Under the pieces are notes generated by a model. The model was given only the letters and a program-made list of their open reading frames with translations. It ran no database searches and had not been told where the DNA came from. From NCBI GenBank assembly GCA_021155885.1, contig JAJNBB010000010.1, forward strand, positions 1 through 61,897: a stretch of 61,897 nucleotides of DNA. Reading direction: 5' to 3'. Origin of the DNA: Fibrobacteria bacterium (GTDB taxonomy: Bacteria > Fibrobacterota > Fibrobacteria > UBA11236). Both the position numbers and the translations under genes were made by a program. Each line of letters starts with the position of its first letter. Position 1 is the stretch's first letter. Shown one piece after another: positions 17,051-26,651 of this stretch.

Positions 17051-17159
17051 GTGGAAATCTTGCCCGCCTACGGTGTTCATCCCATGCGGGCCCCTCCGGA
17101 TCCGAGGTATTCTCCCTCCTGAAGAACAAAGCACATAACCGAAACACCTCGGAAACCCC

Positions 17160-18191
17160 ATGAAAACAACAACCCCCCTTCTCCATACCTTGCTGGCAAC
17201 CTTGCTCCTGACCGCCGCCTCTTCGCGGGCCCAGGCGCTTCAGCCCGTGAACCTGCGCTCCACGGCGGGCTTCGCCGTGCTGGCGGGGTCGCTGGTCTCC
17301 AACATCCCGACCTCGGCGGTGACCGGAGACATCGGCCTCAGCCCCGCCACCGGCGGCAACATCACCGGCTTCGGCCCCACGGAAGTCATTGGCACCATTT
17401 ATACGGTGGACGCCTCCGGCCCGGCCGGCTCGGTGCCCGCGGCCTCGCTGCTCACCACCGCCAAGGGCGATCTCACCCTCGCCTACAACGACGCCGCCGG
17501 CCGCACGCCCGTTCCCTCAGGCCCCTTCCTGAACCCCGGCTCGGGCTCCGGCAATATCGGCGGGCTGACCCTCGGCCCGGGCCTGTACAAGTTCACCAGC
17601 TCGGCCTCCATCACCGGATCCAACCTGACGCTGGCGGGAACCGCCTCCGACGTCTGGATCTTCCAGATCGCCTCGGGACTCACCGTGGGCAACGGCATCC
17701 AGGTGATTCTCACGGGCGGAGCGCGGGCCGCCAACGTATTCTGGCAGGTGGGCACCTCGGCCATGCTGGGCACCACCTCGGTGTTCAAGGGCACCATCCT
17801 GGCCGACCAGTCGATTTCCCTCAACACCGGCGCAAGCCTCGAGGGCCGGGCCCTGGCGAGCGTCGCCGCGGTCACGCTGGCCTCCAACGCCATCACCCAG
17901 CCGGGCGCGGCGACTTCCCTCTCGGGCGCCGCCGACCGTGACTCCCGGTTTGATTTCCAGCCGTCCAAGAACGGGGGCTTCGAGTTCGTGGTCCCCACTT
18001 CGGGCCCGGCGACCCTCACGCTGCTCAACGCCTACGGCAGGGAACTCGCGGTGTTGTTCCGCGGCTACGCCCAGGCCGGCAAGCATTACGAAATCCAGTT
18101 CAGCCGCCTGCGCATTTCCAAGGGCCTGTATTTCGCGAAGCTGGAAACCAGCGGCGAGATCCGGATCGGAAGGATGCTGCTGGGTCTTTAA
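17160..18191 (+). CDS. DUF3494 (ice-binding-like beta-solenoid) secreted protein with Por/T9SS-like C-terminal tail
   Basis: Signal peptide, then AGFAVLAGSLVSN...VTGDIGLSP...GLYKF...VFWQVG...GTILA...GRALA pattern. C-terminus ...KGLYFAKLETSGEIRIGRMLLGL. Confidence 0.7.
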   Translation: MKTTTPLLHTLLATLLLTAASSRAQALQPVNLRSTAGFAVLAGSLVSNIPTSAVTGDIGLSPATGGNITGFGPTEVIGTIYTVDASGPAGSVPAASLLTTAKGDLTLAYNDAAGRTPVPSGPFLNPGSGSGNIGGLTLGPGLYKFTSSASITGSNLTLAGTASDVWIFQIASGLTVGNGIQVILTGGARAANVFWQVGTSAMLGTTSVFKGTILADQSISLNTGASLEGRALASVAAVTLASNAITQPGAATSLSGAADRDSRFDFQPSKNGGFEFVVPTSGPATLTLLNAYGRELAVLFRGYAQAGKHYEIQFSRLRISKGLYFAKLETSGEIRIGRMLLGL

Positions 18192-18296
18192 GTCCTTTGT
18201 GGGGCGAAAACCCCATAGGGTCGCCCCGATTCTCGCGTTACATCTAACCCACTACGGAAGGCAAGGCCTTCCGTCCCCTCCCCTGAAAGAGACCCC

Positions 18297-19784
18297 ATGA
18301 AAAATTCAGCCAACCTCCTCCGCTCCCTTCCGGTACTGGCCGCGCTCGCGCTGTCGGCGCAGGGCCAAAGCATGGAACCGACCCGCTCCCCCTCGCAAAG
18401 CCCCTACGGCGTGCTCGGCATGTCCAGCGTGACCTCGTCCGAGGCCATGGGCCAGGGCGTGATGAACCTCAACCTGCGCGCGAAGTTCTACGAGCAGAAC
18501 ACCAACGTGCCCGGCGTGACCAGCGGCACCCAGATCACCACCGTGAGCGGCGGCGCCGCCCTCGGCGTCAACAGCTACATGGACGTCTTCCTGGGCATGA
18601 ATATCTATAACTGGAACGACAACTCCTCCTCCGGTTCCGGCTTCGGCAGCCTCGCGCTCGGCGCGAAGGGAACCCTGCCCGCCGCCAAGGGCGCGCCGAT
18701 CCGCATGGGCCTGCAGATGATGGGCATCTTCGGAACCGGCAATAACCAGTTCAACACCAACCGCGTCGACGGCTACAACTACGTGGAATCGCGCAGCGAG
18801 GGCAGCAACGATCTGCTCGTGCGCGTGACCCAGTCGTACCTCGGCACCGACAAGGAAAACGGCGGCGTGGGCTTTAACGTTCACTTGAACGAAGGCGTGA
18901 TCTCCTCCTTCGAGGCCGAGAAGGGCATCGCCCTCATCGCGGGCGTCGGCGTCGAAATCATCCCCATCTCCCAGCTGATCCTCGGGCTCGAAGGCAACTG
19001 GCGCTCGCTCATCGCGAGCACCAGCATGGGCGATCCCCTGTGGATCACGCCGTCGGTCACCTGGCGCACCCCCAAGTTCGTCAACGTGAACCTGGGCGTG
19101 GACATCTCCGTGTCCGCGGACCGCGCCGCCCCCTCGCCCGAAGCCCTGGCTCCGTGGAGACTTTTCGGCGGCATCTCCGGCTCGATCGACACGCAAAAGG
19201 CCAGAAGGAACCGCGGCTTGCGCAATGCCCGCCGCGACTCCGTGGAACGCGCCGACCTCATGCGCCGCGCCGCCCGCGGCGACGGAAAGTCCGACAGCCT
19301 GGACCGGGCCATGGACGAACGTCATCGCAATGACTCGCTCGCCCTGGCCGATGCCAACAGAAGGCTGCAGGAATTGCGCGACAACCTTCCCCGCGTCGAA
19401 AAGGAATTCCTGAGCTCGGGCCTGCTCGTGCTGGACGCCGTGTACTTCGAAACCGGCAAGACCGACATCTCCATCAACTCGGAGCCCTACCTCGAGCTCA
19501 TCTCCAAGATGCTGACCAAGTACCCCAAGCTGCAGATCTCGGTTGACGGCCACGCCGACAACGTGGGCGGGGCGGAATACAACCAGCAGCTCAGCCGCGA
19601 TCGCTCGGTGGCCGTGGCCAATTACATGGTCAAGATGGCCCCTTCGCTTGACGGGCGCCTGACCGCCCGCGGCTACGGCTACACCCAGCCCAAGGCCAGC
19701 AATGAAACCGTGGCCGGACGCGAGCAGAATCGCCGCACCGAGCTCAGCGTCACGAACAAGGACGCCCTCAGGGAATATCGCTAA
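18297..19784 (+). CDS. OmpA-family outer-membrane protein (N-terminal barrel, coiled linker, C-terminal OmpA domain)
   Basis: C-terminal VYFETGKTDI...VDGHADNVGGAEYNQQLSRDRSVAV...NRRTEL. Confidence 0.85.
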   Translation: MKNSANLLRSLPVLAALALSAQGQSMEPTRSPSQSPYGVLGMSSVTSSEAMGQGVMNLNLRAKFYEQNTNVPGVTSGTQITTVSGGAALGVNSYMDVFLGMNIYNWNDNSSSGSGFGSLALGAKGTLPAAKGAPIRMGLQMMGIFGTGNNQFNTNRVDGYNYVESRSEGSNDLLVRVTQSYLGTDKENGGVGFNVHLNEGVISSFEAEKGIALIAGVGVEIIPISQLILGLEGNWRSLIASTSMGDPLWITPSVTWRTPKFVNVNLGVDISVSADRAAPSPEALAPWRLFGGISGSIDTQKARRNRGLRNARRDSVERADLMRRAARGDGKSDSLDRAMDERHRNDSLALADANRRLQELRDNLPRVEKEFLSSGLLVLDAVYFETGKTDISINSEPYLELISKMLTKYPKLQISVDGHADNVGGAEYNQQLSRDRSVAVANYMVKMAPSLDGRLTARGYGYTQPKASNETVAGREQNRRTELSVTNKDALREYR

Positions 19785-19811
19785 GCCTTCGCGAAGCTTC
19801 GGCTCTACGAA

Positions 19812-19847
19812 AGAAGGCCGGCCCGCAAGGGCCGGCCTTCTTGTTTT
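19812..19847. terminator. Bidirectional hairpin terminator between convergent genes
   Basis: AGAAGGCCGGCCC-GCAA-GGGCCGGCCTTCT hairpin followed by TGTTTT. Confidence 0.6.
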
Positions 19848-19865
19848 CGGAACCGGGAGGGGCCG

Positions 19866-21779
19866 TTAAACCGCCGGTCCCCGCCTACCCACCGGCGCGC
19901 GAACCAGGTCGAGCACGGTTTGAACCACCCGCTCTTCGGACACTCGCGACTTCAACAGGACCGCCGCCACCCGCTTGCGGATCGATTCGTCGATCTCTTC
20001 GCTGGCGGAGAGAATCAACACGGGAAGGGGCCGCCCGGTGGACCCGCTCAATTCTTCCAGCAGCGACAAACCGCTCCCGTCGGGCAGGCCCACATCGAGC
20101 ACCAGCAGGTCGAACGGTTCTCTTTTGATCAAATCCCGGGCTTCCTTTAACGTGCCCGCGCCCACCCATTCCACCTGGCCCTGAAAAAACTTGGCGAGAA
20201 TGTCCCGCAAGTCCGCGTTATCCTCCACGTGCAAGATGCGTGGATTAGGGCTCTGGATGTGGCGGGTCGCCCATTCCAGGGAACGCATCAAGGTGCTTTC
20301 ATCGAGCGGCTTGCTGACCCAATCCACCAGTTCAACCCCGTCCCCGGCCTTTTCCCGGCGACCTTGCTCGGCCTTGGCAGAAATCACCACCACGGGAAGG
20401 GTCTTCCATTTGGGGTCCGCGCGCAGTTCGGTCAGAAAAGCCAGCCCGTCCCCATCCGGCAGCATCAGATCCAGCGTGAGGGCCGCGTAGGATTGCCCGT
20501 TCAACTTGTCGCGCGCCTCCGCGAGGGTATGGGCCACATCCGTCGGGAAACCGGCCTTTTCCAGGAGGAGCTTCAGCAAGGTGGCGACATCCACGTCATC
20601 CTCGCAAACCAGGAGGCGGGGACCGCCCGGCTCGGTCGTTTCGGCCGCGAGCCGGATGGCCTCGGACTCCTCGAACGCCTGCGGCAGGCTGAAGTGGAAG
20701 GTCGTGCCCTTGCCTTCCTCGGTTTCAAAGCCGATGGCTCCGCCCATGGCTTCCACCATTTTTTGGGTAATGCTCAACCCCAGCCCCGTTCCCTCGTTGT
20801 GCCCCGAGTCCGTATTGTCGCTTTGCGCGAACTTCTCGAAAACATGGGCGCGAAAGGCCTCGGGAATGCCGCGTCCGAAATCACGCACCGAAAAACGGAC
20901 GGCGCTTCCCCCATCCTCGACCGTGATCCATACTTCCGACTCGCGGGGCGAGAATTTGGCCGCATTGGAAAGCAGATTCGCCAACACCTGCAGAAAGCGG
21001 TCCGGATCGGCCTGCGCCCGGATGCCCGGAGGCAGGGCTTTCAGGACGTAGGTAACCCCGTATTTTTCCCCGTAGGCCCGGTTCTCGTCCATGCTTTGGC
21101 GCACCAAATCCTCGACGTTGAAAGGCCGGACATCAAACGCGAATTTACCGGAATCGACCTTATCCATGTCGAGGATGTCGTTGATGATGCGCACCAGCCG
21201 TTCGCTGTTGCGGTAAGCGAGGGTGGCCAGGTCGGCGGCGACCTTCGGCAATGCGCCCGCCGCGCCGCCGACCATCAGGCCGAGGGCGCCGCGAATGGAG
21301 GTCAGGGGCGTTCTCAGTTCATGGCTGACGGTGGAAATGAATTCGTTTTTCATGCGCTCGAGCTTCTTGCGTTCCGAAATATCCTGGGAGAAACTCAAAA
21401 ACCCGACGATCTGCCCCGCCTCGTCTTTTACGGCCGTCACCGAAACCTGTATCTGGATTTTCGTGCCGTCCGCGCGCGTGGCGTGCCGTTCGGTCTCGTA
21501 AATCTGGTGCCTCTCGACGTAGACCTTCATCACGTCTCCCATCGGGACTGCCGTCCCGACTTCCACGCTGAGCCGGTCCATCTCCGCCTTCACTTCGGCG
21601 GGGTCGTAGATTTCCTTCCTGAATTGGGAAAGGTGCTTGCCGACAAAATGCTCCGCGGGGTAGCCGTACAGGCGCTCCGCGGCGCGGTTCATGAACCGTA
21701 TCACGCCGTCGGCATACATCACGATAATGCTATGCCGGCCCCCGTCCATGACGGCCTTGAGTATCATCTCGTCTTCCAC
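19866..21779 (-). CDS. Hybrid sensor histidine kinase (PAS - HisKA - HATPase - two receiver domains)
   Basis: PAS domain, H-box VSHELRTPLTSI, GTGLGLSI, then two receiver-like domains (LVCEDD..., ILHVEDN...). Confidence 0.85.
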   Translation of the reverse strand: MEDEMILKAVMDGGRHSIIVMYADGVIRFMNRAAERLYGYPAEHFVGKHLSQFRKEIYDPAEVKAEMDRLSVEVGTAVPMGDVMKVYVERHQIYETERHATRADGTKIQIQVSVTAVKDEAGQIVGFLSFSQDISERKKLERMKNEFISTVSHELRTPLTSIRGALGLMVGGAAGALPKVAADLATLAYRNSERLVRIINDILDMDKVDSGKFAFDVRPFNVEDLVRQSMDENRAYGEKYGVTYVLKALPPGIRAQADPDRFLQVLANLLSNAAKFSPRESEVWITVEDGGSAVRFSVRDFGRGIPEAFRAHVFEKFAQSDNTDSGHNEGTGLGLSITQKMVEAMGGAIGFETEEGKGTTFHFSLPQAFEESEAIRLAAETTEPGGPRLLVCEDDVDVATLLKLLLEKAGFPTDVAHTLAEARDKLNGQSYAALTLDLMLPDGDGLAFLTELRADPKWKTLPVVVISAKAEQGRREKAGDGVELVDWVSKPLDESTLMRSLEWATRHIQSPNPRILHVEDNADLRDILAKFFQGQVEWVGAGTLKEARDLIKREPFDLLVLDVGLPDGSGLSLLEELSGSTGRPLPVLILSASEEIDESIRKRVAAVLLKSRVSEERVVQTVLDLVRAPVGRRGPAV

Positions 21780-21917
21780 GTCGACCCCTATCCCGCAGGA
21801 TCACCGAGGCCGCATGCCCCTGTCCCAGGTACTCTATTGTACTCTGTTTTGGCACGTTTGGCGCGGGACATTGCTCCCGGGAGTATTCGGAGAGGAAAAA
21901 GGCGGCAGGGCGCCGCC

Positions 21918-23324
21918 TTATGCATGCCGCAGGATGGAGAGGGTGACCGAAAAACCGCCTTGAAGATTTTTCCTTTCGAAGGAAAATCGCAGAACCTGGA
22001 TGCCCCGCAATTCCAGCAACGACTCCGGAACGGCGAGGACCGCCACTTGGGGAGAATCCGTTCGTCCGGCGCAGGAACGTCTTCCCGTCAGGACCCCCAG
22101 CGTGAGGCCGGGAGCCAGAACGGTGCAGACGAAGGGTTCCTCGCCCCACCCGTTCGTCCCGGAGACCTTCACCCGCACGAGGATCCGGCCCGCTTGGTCC
22201 AGCGGGGAAGGCAACCGGAGCGCGCACATCCGGTGAAGCGCCTTTAATTCCAGGGAGCAGGTTTTGAGAAGTCGCGTGCGCCGCGCGCCCGGGGTCTCGC
22301 GAAGGGACCGTTGCGCCGAAGCCCTCACCCGCCGGACCGCCATGAACAAGGCGTTAGAAACCTGCCGCCCCGTGAACGGGAGCACGGTGCCGGCGTATTG
22401 TTCGCGCTCGGCCTGTTGTTCCCGGGTTATCCCCGACTGCAAGGCGTCCAGCACGTCCCGCGGCACGGGCTTGCGCAGTACGGAGCGCAGGAACGTCAGG
22501 CCTGGCAGCACCACGGCCTGCAACAGGCGGGCACGGGTCTCCGCGAGGAAAACGTCCCAATTCACGGCGCCCGCGTCCAGAAGCGCCGAAGCGTCCACCA
22601 CCCAATCCGCGGAGCCCTCCTGCGACCAGCGCGCGCCGTGAACGAGCGCGAGCAGGAGCGCATCGGCGGGCGCGGGCACCCGGACGGGGACTCCCCGCCA
22701 CTCCAGCGCCCGCGACCGCGCCCACAAGCCCTCGTCGTCCCCGCGGAGGCGATTCAAATGGTTGGAGAAATGATGCAAATCGATCTCGGACCGCCCCTTG
22801 TTCAGGGACCAGGCATGATGCGCGGCCACGGGCGCCCACCGATGCCATTGCCTTTGCCAGTTCTCCGGGCCCAGCGACCAACCCTCGCCGCGAAGCGCCT
22901 CGAACGCCGGCCGCTGCCTGTCCAGGGGGACCAGCACGTCCACGTCCCGGATCAGGCGCTCCTGCGCGCTGGCGGGATCGGCCGCGATGCGCGCCGCCCC
23001 TTTCATCAGCAGGACGGGGATATTCGCCCGGTGGAGCGCCGCCAGACCCCCGGCGGCGTGCTGCAGGCCTATCTGACTTTGCGTCCACAAAAACTTGCGG
23101 ATGCCCGCGAGGCGAGGTCGTATCGGGGCATCCGGCTCCAGGCGCGAGATGCGGGCCGCGACCGCCCCCAGCATCCGCACGGCGGGCCACGGCGTCGTGT
23201 CGATGTCATGGGACGCGCGCCACGCGCGCCAGGCCGCGATCGCCTGGTCCTCCGGCGCCAGCGCCGCTTGCGCCAGCAGGTCCAACGAAAGTTCGCGAAT
23301 CGCGGGGAGGGGCGTCCTATCCAT
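21918..23324 (-). CDS. Uncharacterised nucleotidyltransferase family protein (NTP_transf_5-like)
   Basis: LLMKGAA...RLIRDVDVLV...EIDLHH pattern in the N-terminal half. 8-nt overlap with the upstream GT2 gene. Confidence 0.65.
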   Translation of the reverse strand: MDRTPLPAIRELSLDLLAQAALAPEDQAIAAWRAWRASHDIDTTPWPAVRMLGAVAARISRLEPDAPIRPRLAGIRKFLWTQSQIGLQHAAGGLAALHRANIPVLLMKGAARIAADPASAQERLIRDVDVLVPLDRQRPAFEALRGEGWSLGPENWQRQWHRWAPVAAHHAWSLNKGRSEIDLHHFSNHLNRLRGDDEGLWARSRALEWRGVPVRVPAPADALLLALVHGARWSQEGSADWVVDASALLDAGAVNWDVFLAETRARLLQAVVLPGLTFLRSVLRKPVPRDVLDALQSGITREQQAEREQYAGTVLPFTGRQVSNALFMAVRRVRASAQRSLRETPGARRTRLLKTCSLELKALHRMCALRLPSPLDQAGRILVRVKVSGTNGWGEEPFVCTVLAPGLTLGVLTGRRSCAGRTDSPQVAVLAVPESLLELRGIQVLRFSFERKNLQGGFSVTLSILRHA

Positions 23325-24012
23325 GACTTTCTCCCCGCCGGCGCGCCAGCGCCCGCTTGACCGCTTCCAGCATGCCTGCGTTCTCCTGTTCCCGGGCGCG
23401 GACGCTCAACGACTCGGGGTGCAGGCGGCGGCGCAGCACGACTTCATCGATCACGCCGAAATGCACGCCCGCCCGCCGCGCCCGCGCCATCCAGTCGATC
23501 CAGGCGCGGCTGCGCAACGCGGCATCGAACGGACCCGCGCGATCGAAACCGCGGCGGCGCACCACGGTCGCCCCGCTCAGCCAACCCGTTTGCGCGAGAC
23601 GCGGCTGAAACCGGGCCGCCTCCGCGGGAGTCAAGGAGGGACAAACAAATTCCGCGACCCGCCCTACCGAAGCATCCAGCCCCGGCGCGCGCTCGAGATG
23701 GGCCAGATGGACCTCCAGGCAGCGCGCATCCCACACGTCGTCCGCGTCCAGCAAGGCGATGACCGGGTGGATCGCGGCGCGCAGGCCCGCGTTCAGGGCG
23801 CCGCCGGTGCCGGCGTTTCCTTGCCGCACGACGCGCACGCCCGCCGCCTCCGCCGCCCTGTCCGCCGTGGCGTCCGTGGACCCGTCGTCGACCACGATGA
23901 TTTCATCGGCGGCACGGGTTTGCGCGGCGATGCTGCGCAAGGTCTCCGGCAGGGTTTTCTCCGCATTGAAGGCGGGCACGACGACGGAGACGCGATTCAA
24001 GGGAAACCCCAC
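23317..24012 (-). CDS. Glycosyltransferase family 2
   Basis: VSVVVPAFNAEKTL...IIVVDDGSTD...LLDADD. Proposed GTG start at 24012, because the longer ORF to 24204 would overlap the sulfotransferase gene by 208 nt. Confidence 0.75.
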   Translation of the reverse strand: MGFPLNRVSVVVPAFNAEKTLPETLRSIAAQTRAADEIIVVDDGSTDATADRAAEAAGVRVVRQGNAGTGGALNAGLRAAIHPVIALLDADDVWDARCLEVHLAHLERAPGLDASVGRVAEFVCPSLTPAEAARFQPRLAQTGWLSGATVVRRRGFDRAGPFDAALRSRAWIDWMARARRAGVHFGVIDEVVLRRRLHPESLSVRAREQENAGMLEAVKRALARRRGESHG

Positions 24013-24749
24013 CGGCCGATGTCGATCCCGTACTCCCGCTGAAGATGTTTCATATCGGGAGCCAGCGTTCGCCAGGCCTGATCCCGGTTTTTTCCCATCA
24101 GGGTATAGCGGTCCGGCGAGGCGGCCGAGGGGTACTCCTCCTCGCTGACGTGCACCTTTCCCAGGGACAACCCGGGCGACCCGGGGAGGTTCAGATGATC
24201 GCAAATCCTGGACAGCGTGTGGGCCGGACGGGCGCTCAGATCCGCCAGGTCGAGGACGAGAAGGGCTTCCCGGCGAAAATACTCCCGGTAGCGTCGCAGC
24301 TGGGAGTCATACAGGCTTATCGCCAGGGCATAGGGGTCGACGCCCCGGTCGAGGGGAGTGAGATTCCAGCCCAGGGCCAGGGACATCCGGTAGTGGCTTT
24401 GAAGGCGCTCGAAAGGATCGCGAACGAGATAGATCAGCCGGGCCGCGGGATTGAACGCCTGGATGCGCGCCGGCGAGCGGGGGAACCAGGGGAACTTCGT
24501 GTGGCTAGTGGTGGCGTCCAGGGCCACCTGGTGGACGTCCGGATTCCAGTCCGGCCATTGATCAAGGTACCAGTCGGGGCCCCGGCGGAAGATTTTTTCG
24601 TGGGAAAAGAATTGGGGTTCCTTGACGCGGGAACGGCATACCCCGGGATGGGACTTCAGGGAGACATACAGGGAAGAGGTCCCGCACTTCATCGCGCCGA
24701 GGAGAAAGTGAACCTGGCCGGCCGGCAAGCGTGCATGCGCAGGGTTCAT
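23997..24749 (-). CDS. Sulfotransferase family protein
   Basis: PAPS-binding motifs LLGAMKCGTSSL (5'-PSB) and YLVRDPFERLQSHY (3'-PB). ATGA overlap with the upstream GT2 gene at 24746-24749. Confidence 0.75.
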   Translation of the reverse strand: MNPAHARLPAGQVHFLLGAMKCGTSSLYVSLKSHPGVCRSRVKEPQFFSHEKIFRRGPDWYLDQWPDWNPDVHQVALDATTSHTKFPWFPRSPARIQAFNPAARLIYLVRDPFERLQSHYRMSLALGWNLTPLDRGVDPYALAISLYDSQLRRYREYFRREALLVLDLADLSARPAHTLSRICDHLNLPGSPGLSLGKVHVSEEEYPSAASPDRYTLMGKNRDQAWRTLAPDMKHLQREYGIDIGRWGFP

Positions 24750-25510
24750 TCGCGCTCCGGCTCCAGATAGCTGGCGAAGGCGCGCAGGGGAACGTCCAAG
24801 GTGCCGGCGGCGCGGCGCCGGAGAAGGGATTTGCGGACGGCGTTCCGAAAAGCGCCGTGCTTGCGGGGATCGTTCTGCGCCATCATCGAGGCGGGATGCT
24901 GCCGGTAGTAGAGTTCGATGCTGCGCAGGATGGTGAAGGGAACGTCCGCCTCGCGCAAGCGCAGCAGCAAATCCGTGTCCTCGCCGGTATAAAGAAAATC
25001 CTCGTCGAAGGCGCCTCCGATCTTCGCGAACGTTTCCCGGCGATAGACGCAGGCGCCCGCGAAAACATGGAACAAACGTTCGGTGCGCGACCCGGGCGCG
25101 GGCTCCAGCCCGTCCTCCCCCGCCTCCTCGAAATAGCAGGCGTACCCCGTGACCATTTGCACGGCGGGACGCGCCCGCAGCCGTGCGAGCTGGCGTTCCA
25201 GTTTGCCCGCGGGCCAGAGATCGTCCGCATCGAGAAAGGCGATCAGGTCGCCCTCGGCCGCCGCGATCCCCAGGTTGCGCGCCGGGCCCGCGCCCCTTCG
25301 CGGGCACTCCAGCACCTTGAGGTTCAGCGCGCCACCCCGATGCCTTGCCACCACCTCGAACGTCCCGTCCGTGGAACCGTTGTCCACCAGAATCACCTCA
25401 TGCACGGGCGCGCTTTGCCGGGCGATCGAGCGCAGGGCCGCGTCCAGGAAAGCGCCCATGTTCAGATTGGGAATGATAACCGAGACCCGTTCACGCATCG
25501 CGTTCTCCAT
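24746..25510 (-). CDS. Glycosyltransferase family 2
   Basis: VSVIIPNLNMGAFL...ILVDNGSTDGT...FLDADD. Confidence 0.8.
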   Translation of the reverse strand: MENAMRERVSVIIPNLNMGAFLDAALRSIARQSAPVHEVILVDNGSTDGTFEVVARHRGGALNLKVLECPRRGAGPARNLGIAAAEGDLIAFLDADDLWPAGKLERQLARLRARPAVQMVTGYACYFEEAGEDGLEPAPGSRTERLFHVFAGACVYRRETFAKIGGAFDEDFLYTGEDTDLLLRLREADVPFTILRSIELYYRQHPASMMAQNDPRKHGAFRNAVRKSLLRRRAAGTLDVPLRAFASYLEPERE

Positions 25511-26651
25511 ACGGACAGTTTTCCAGCCAGTTCTTCAGCAGCGCCGCGGCTTCGGCGGGATCGCCGCCCAGCTCCAGGCGCAGGCCGGGCAGCGTCCGGA
25601 CCAGCGCGCTTACTTCCCCGAGAATGTGCGCCTCGCGGCCCCGCAGAAAAAACACCGTCGGCGGACCGATGGCCTTGAGCATCTCCGCGGGCGCGACGGG
25701 AACCAGCCGCGAAGCCGGGTTCTTCGCGACGCGGCAATGCAGGAGCGCCCGCAAGGGTGCCGTGCGCACCAGGAGGCCGGGCGCGGCATCGCTGTAGCGA
25801 ACGAACCGTTTGTCGCCGCAGGCGCCCCAGGGCGCGTCCCTCAGCCGGGAGGGAATGGCGACGGCCGGGTTCGGCAAGAGCTTGATCGAGTCGTGCAGGG
25901 CGTGCACGCGCCAGTCCCGCGCGGAACGGTCCACCACCACTAGGTCATCGCCGCACGCGCCCAGTCCCGCCTGCAAGCAGGCGGCCACCGTCGTGGATTT
26001 TCCGGAACCGCTCGGGCCGACCAGCAGCACGGCATGACGCGCGTGGACCACCGCGCCGCCATGCACCACCGACAGGGCCGTTCCCGCCAGGGACCATTGC
26101 AGGAATTGCCGGAAGGGCGCCACCGTCTCCCATACGGGCAAATCCCCGGCATCCGCGATCCACAACAAGGCGCGCCGCGTCGACAAGTCGAGAATCATCC
26201 AGCAACGGCGGGCGGGATCGTAAGACGCGCTGACCCTCCCCGCAGGATCCAGATGCAAATTTTCCAGATGCCGGAGGTCCGTACGGGGAAGGTTCCAGGC
26301 CGGCGGGCGGACGAAGGGCGCCGCGCTGCCGGCGCAGACGAATACCCGCAGGTGCGGCGCGACCGCGGGTTGCAGGTTGGCCGGCAGCAGGCAGCGGGTG
26401 AGAAGCGCGGCCGCGGAGGCGTCGTTCGCCGCGACGGTAAACACCCGGTCGCCCAGCGCGTGCGCGGAGAACCAGCACAGCGACGTTTGCATCCCCGCGA
26501 CGGCGTCGGCGAGCACGTCGAGGAGCCAGGCGGTGGATCGATCGTGGCTCACGGCCGCCGCTGCCGCCGAGGGATCGCGCGGCACGGGCTCAGTCCGCAT
26601 CGGGAAAATGGGCCGGCCTGACCGGCCAACCCGTGGCGGCGTCCACTTCAT
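25491..26651 (-). CDS. HPr-kinase-related (HprK-like) P-loop kinase
   Basis: VHGGAVVHARHAVLLVGPSGSGKSTTV...GDDLVVVD in the C-terminal half. An alternative start at ATG 26600 gives an 11-nt overlap with the PqqD gene. Confidence 0.7.
   Translation of the reverse strand: MKWTPPRVGRSGRPIFPMRTEPVPRDPSAAAAAVSHDRSTAWLLDVLADAVAGMQTSLCWFSAHALGDRVFTVAANDASAAALLTRCLLPANLQPAVAPHLRVFVCAGSAAPFVRPPAWNLPRTDLRHLENLHLDPAGRVSASYDPARRCWMILDLSTRRALLWIADAGDLPVWETVAPFRQFLQWSLAGTALSVVHGGAVVHARHAVLLVGPSGSGKSTTVAACLQAGLGACGDDLVVVDRSARDWRVHALHDSIKLLPNPAVAIPSRLRDAPWGACGDKRFVRYSDAAPGLLVRTAPLRALLHCRVAKNPASRLVPVAPAEMLKAIGPPTVFFLRGREAHILGEVSALVRTLPGLRLELGGDPAEAAALLKNWLENCPYGERDA

Noticed and set aside
17052-17064. Sigma54-like TGGAAATCTTGCC upstream of the DUF3494 gene. 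I looked for this because an NtrC-type activator is encoded nearby.
   Set aside because: The GG-to-GC spacing is 7 nt instead of the required 10 nt. No other TGGCAC-N5-TTGC match was seen in the intergenic regions I read.
20229-22247. 672-aa plus-strand ORF.
   Set aside because: It lies antisense to the hybrid histidine kinase and nucleotidyltransferase genes. Its composition is Arg/Gly/Pro/Ala-rich with no motifs, which is typical of a shadow ORF in high-GC DNA.
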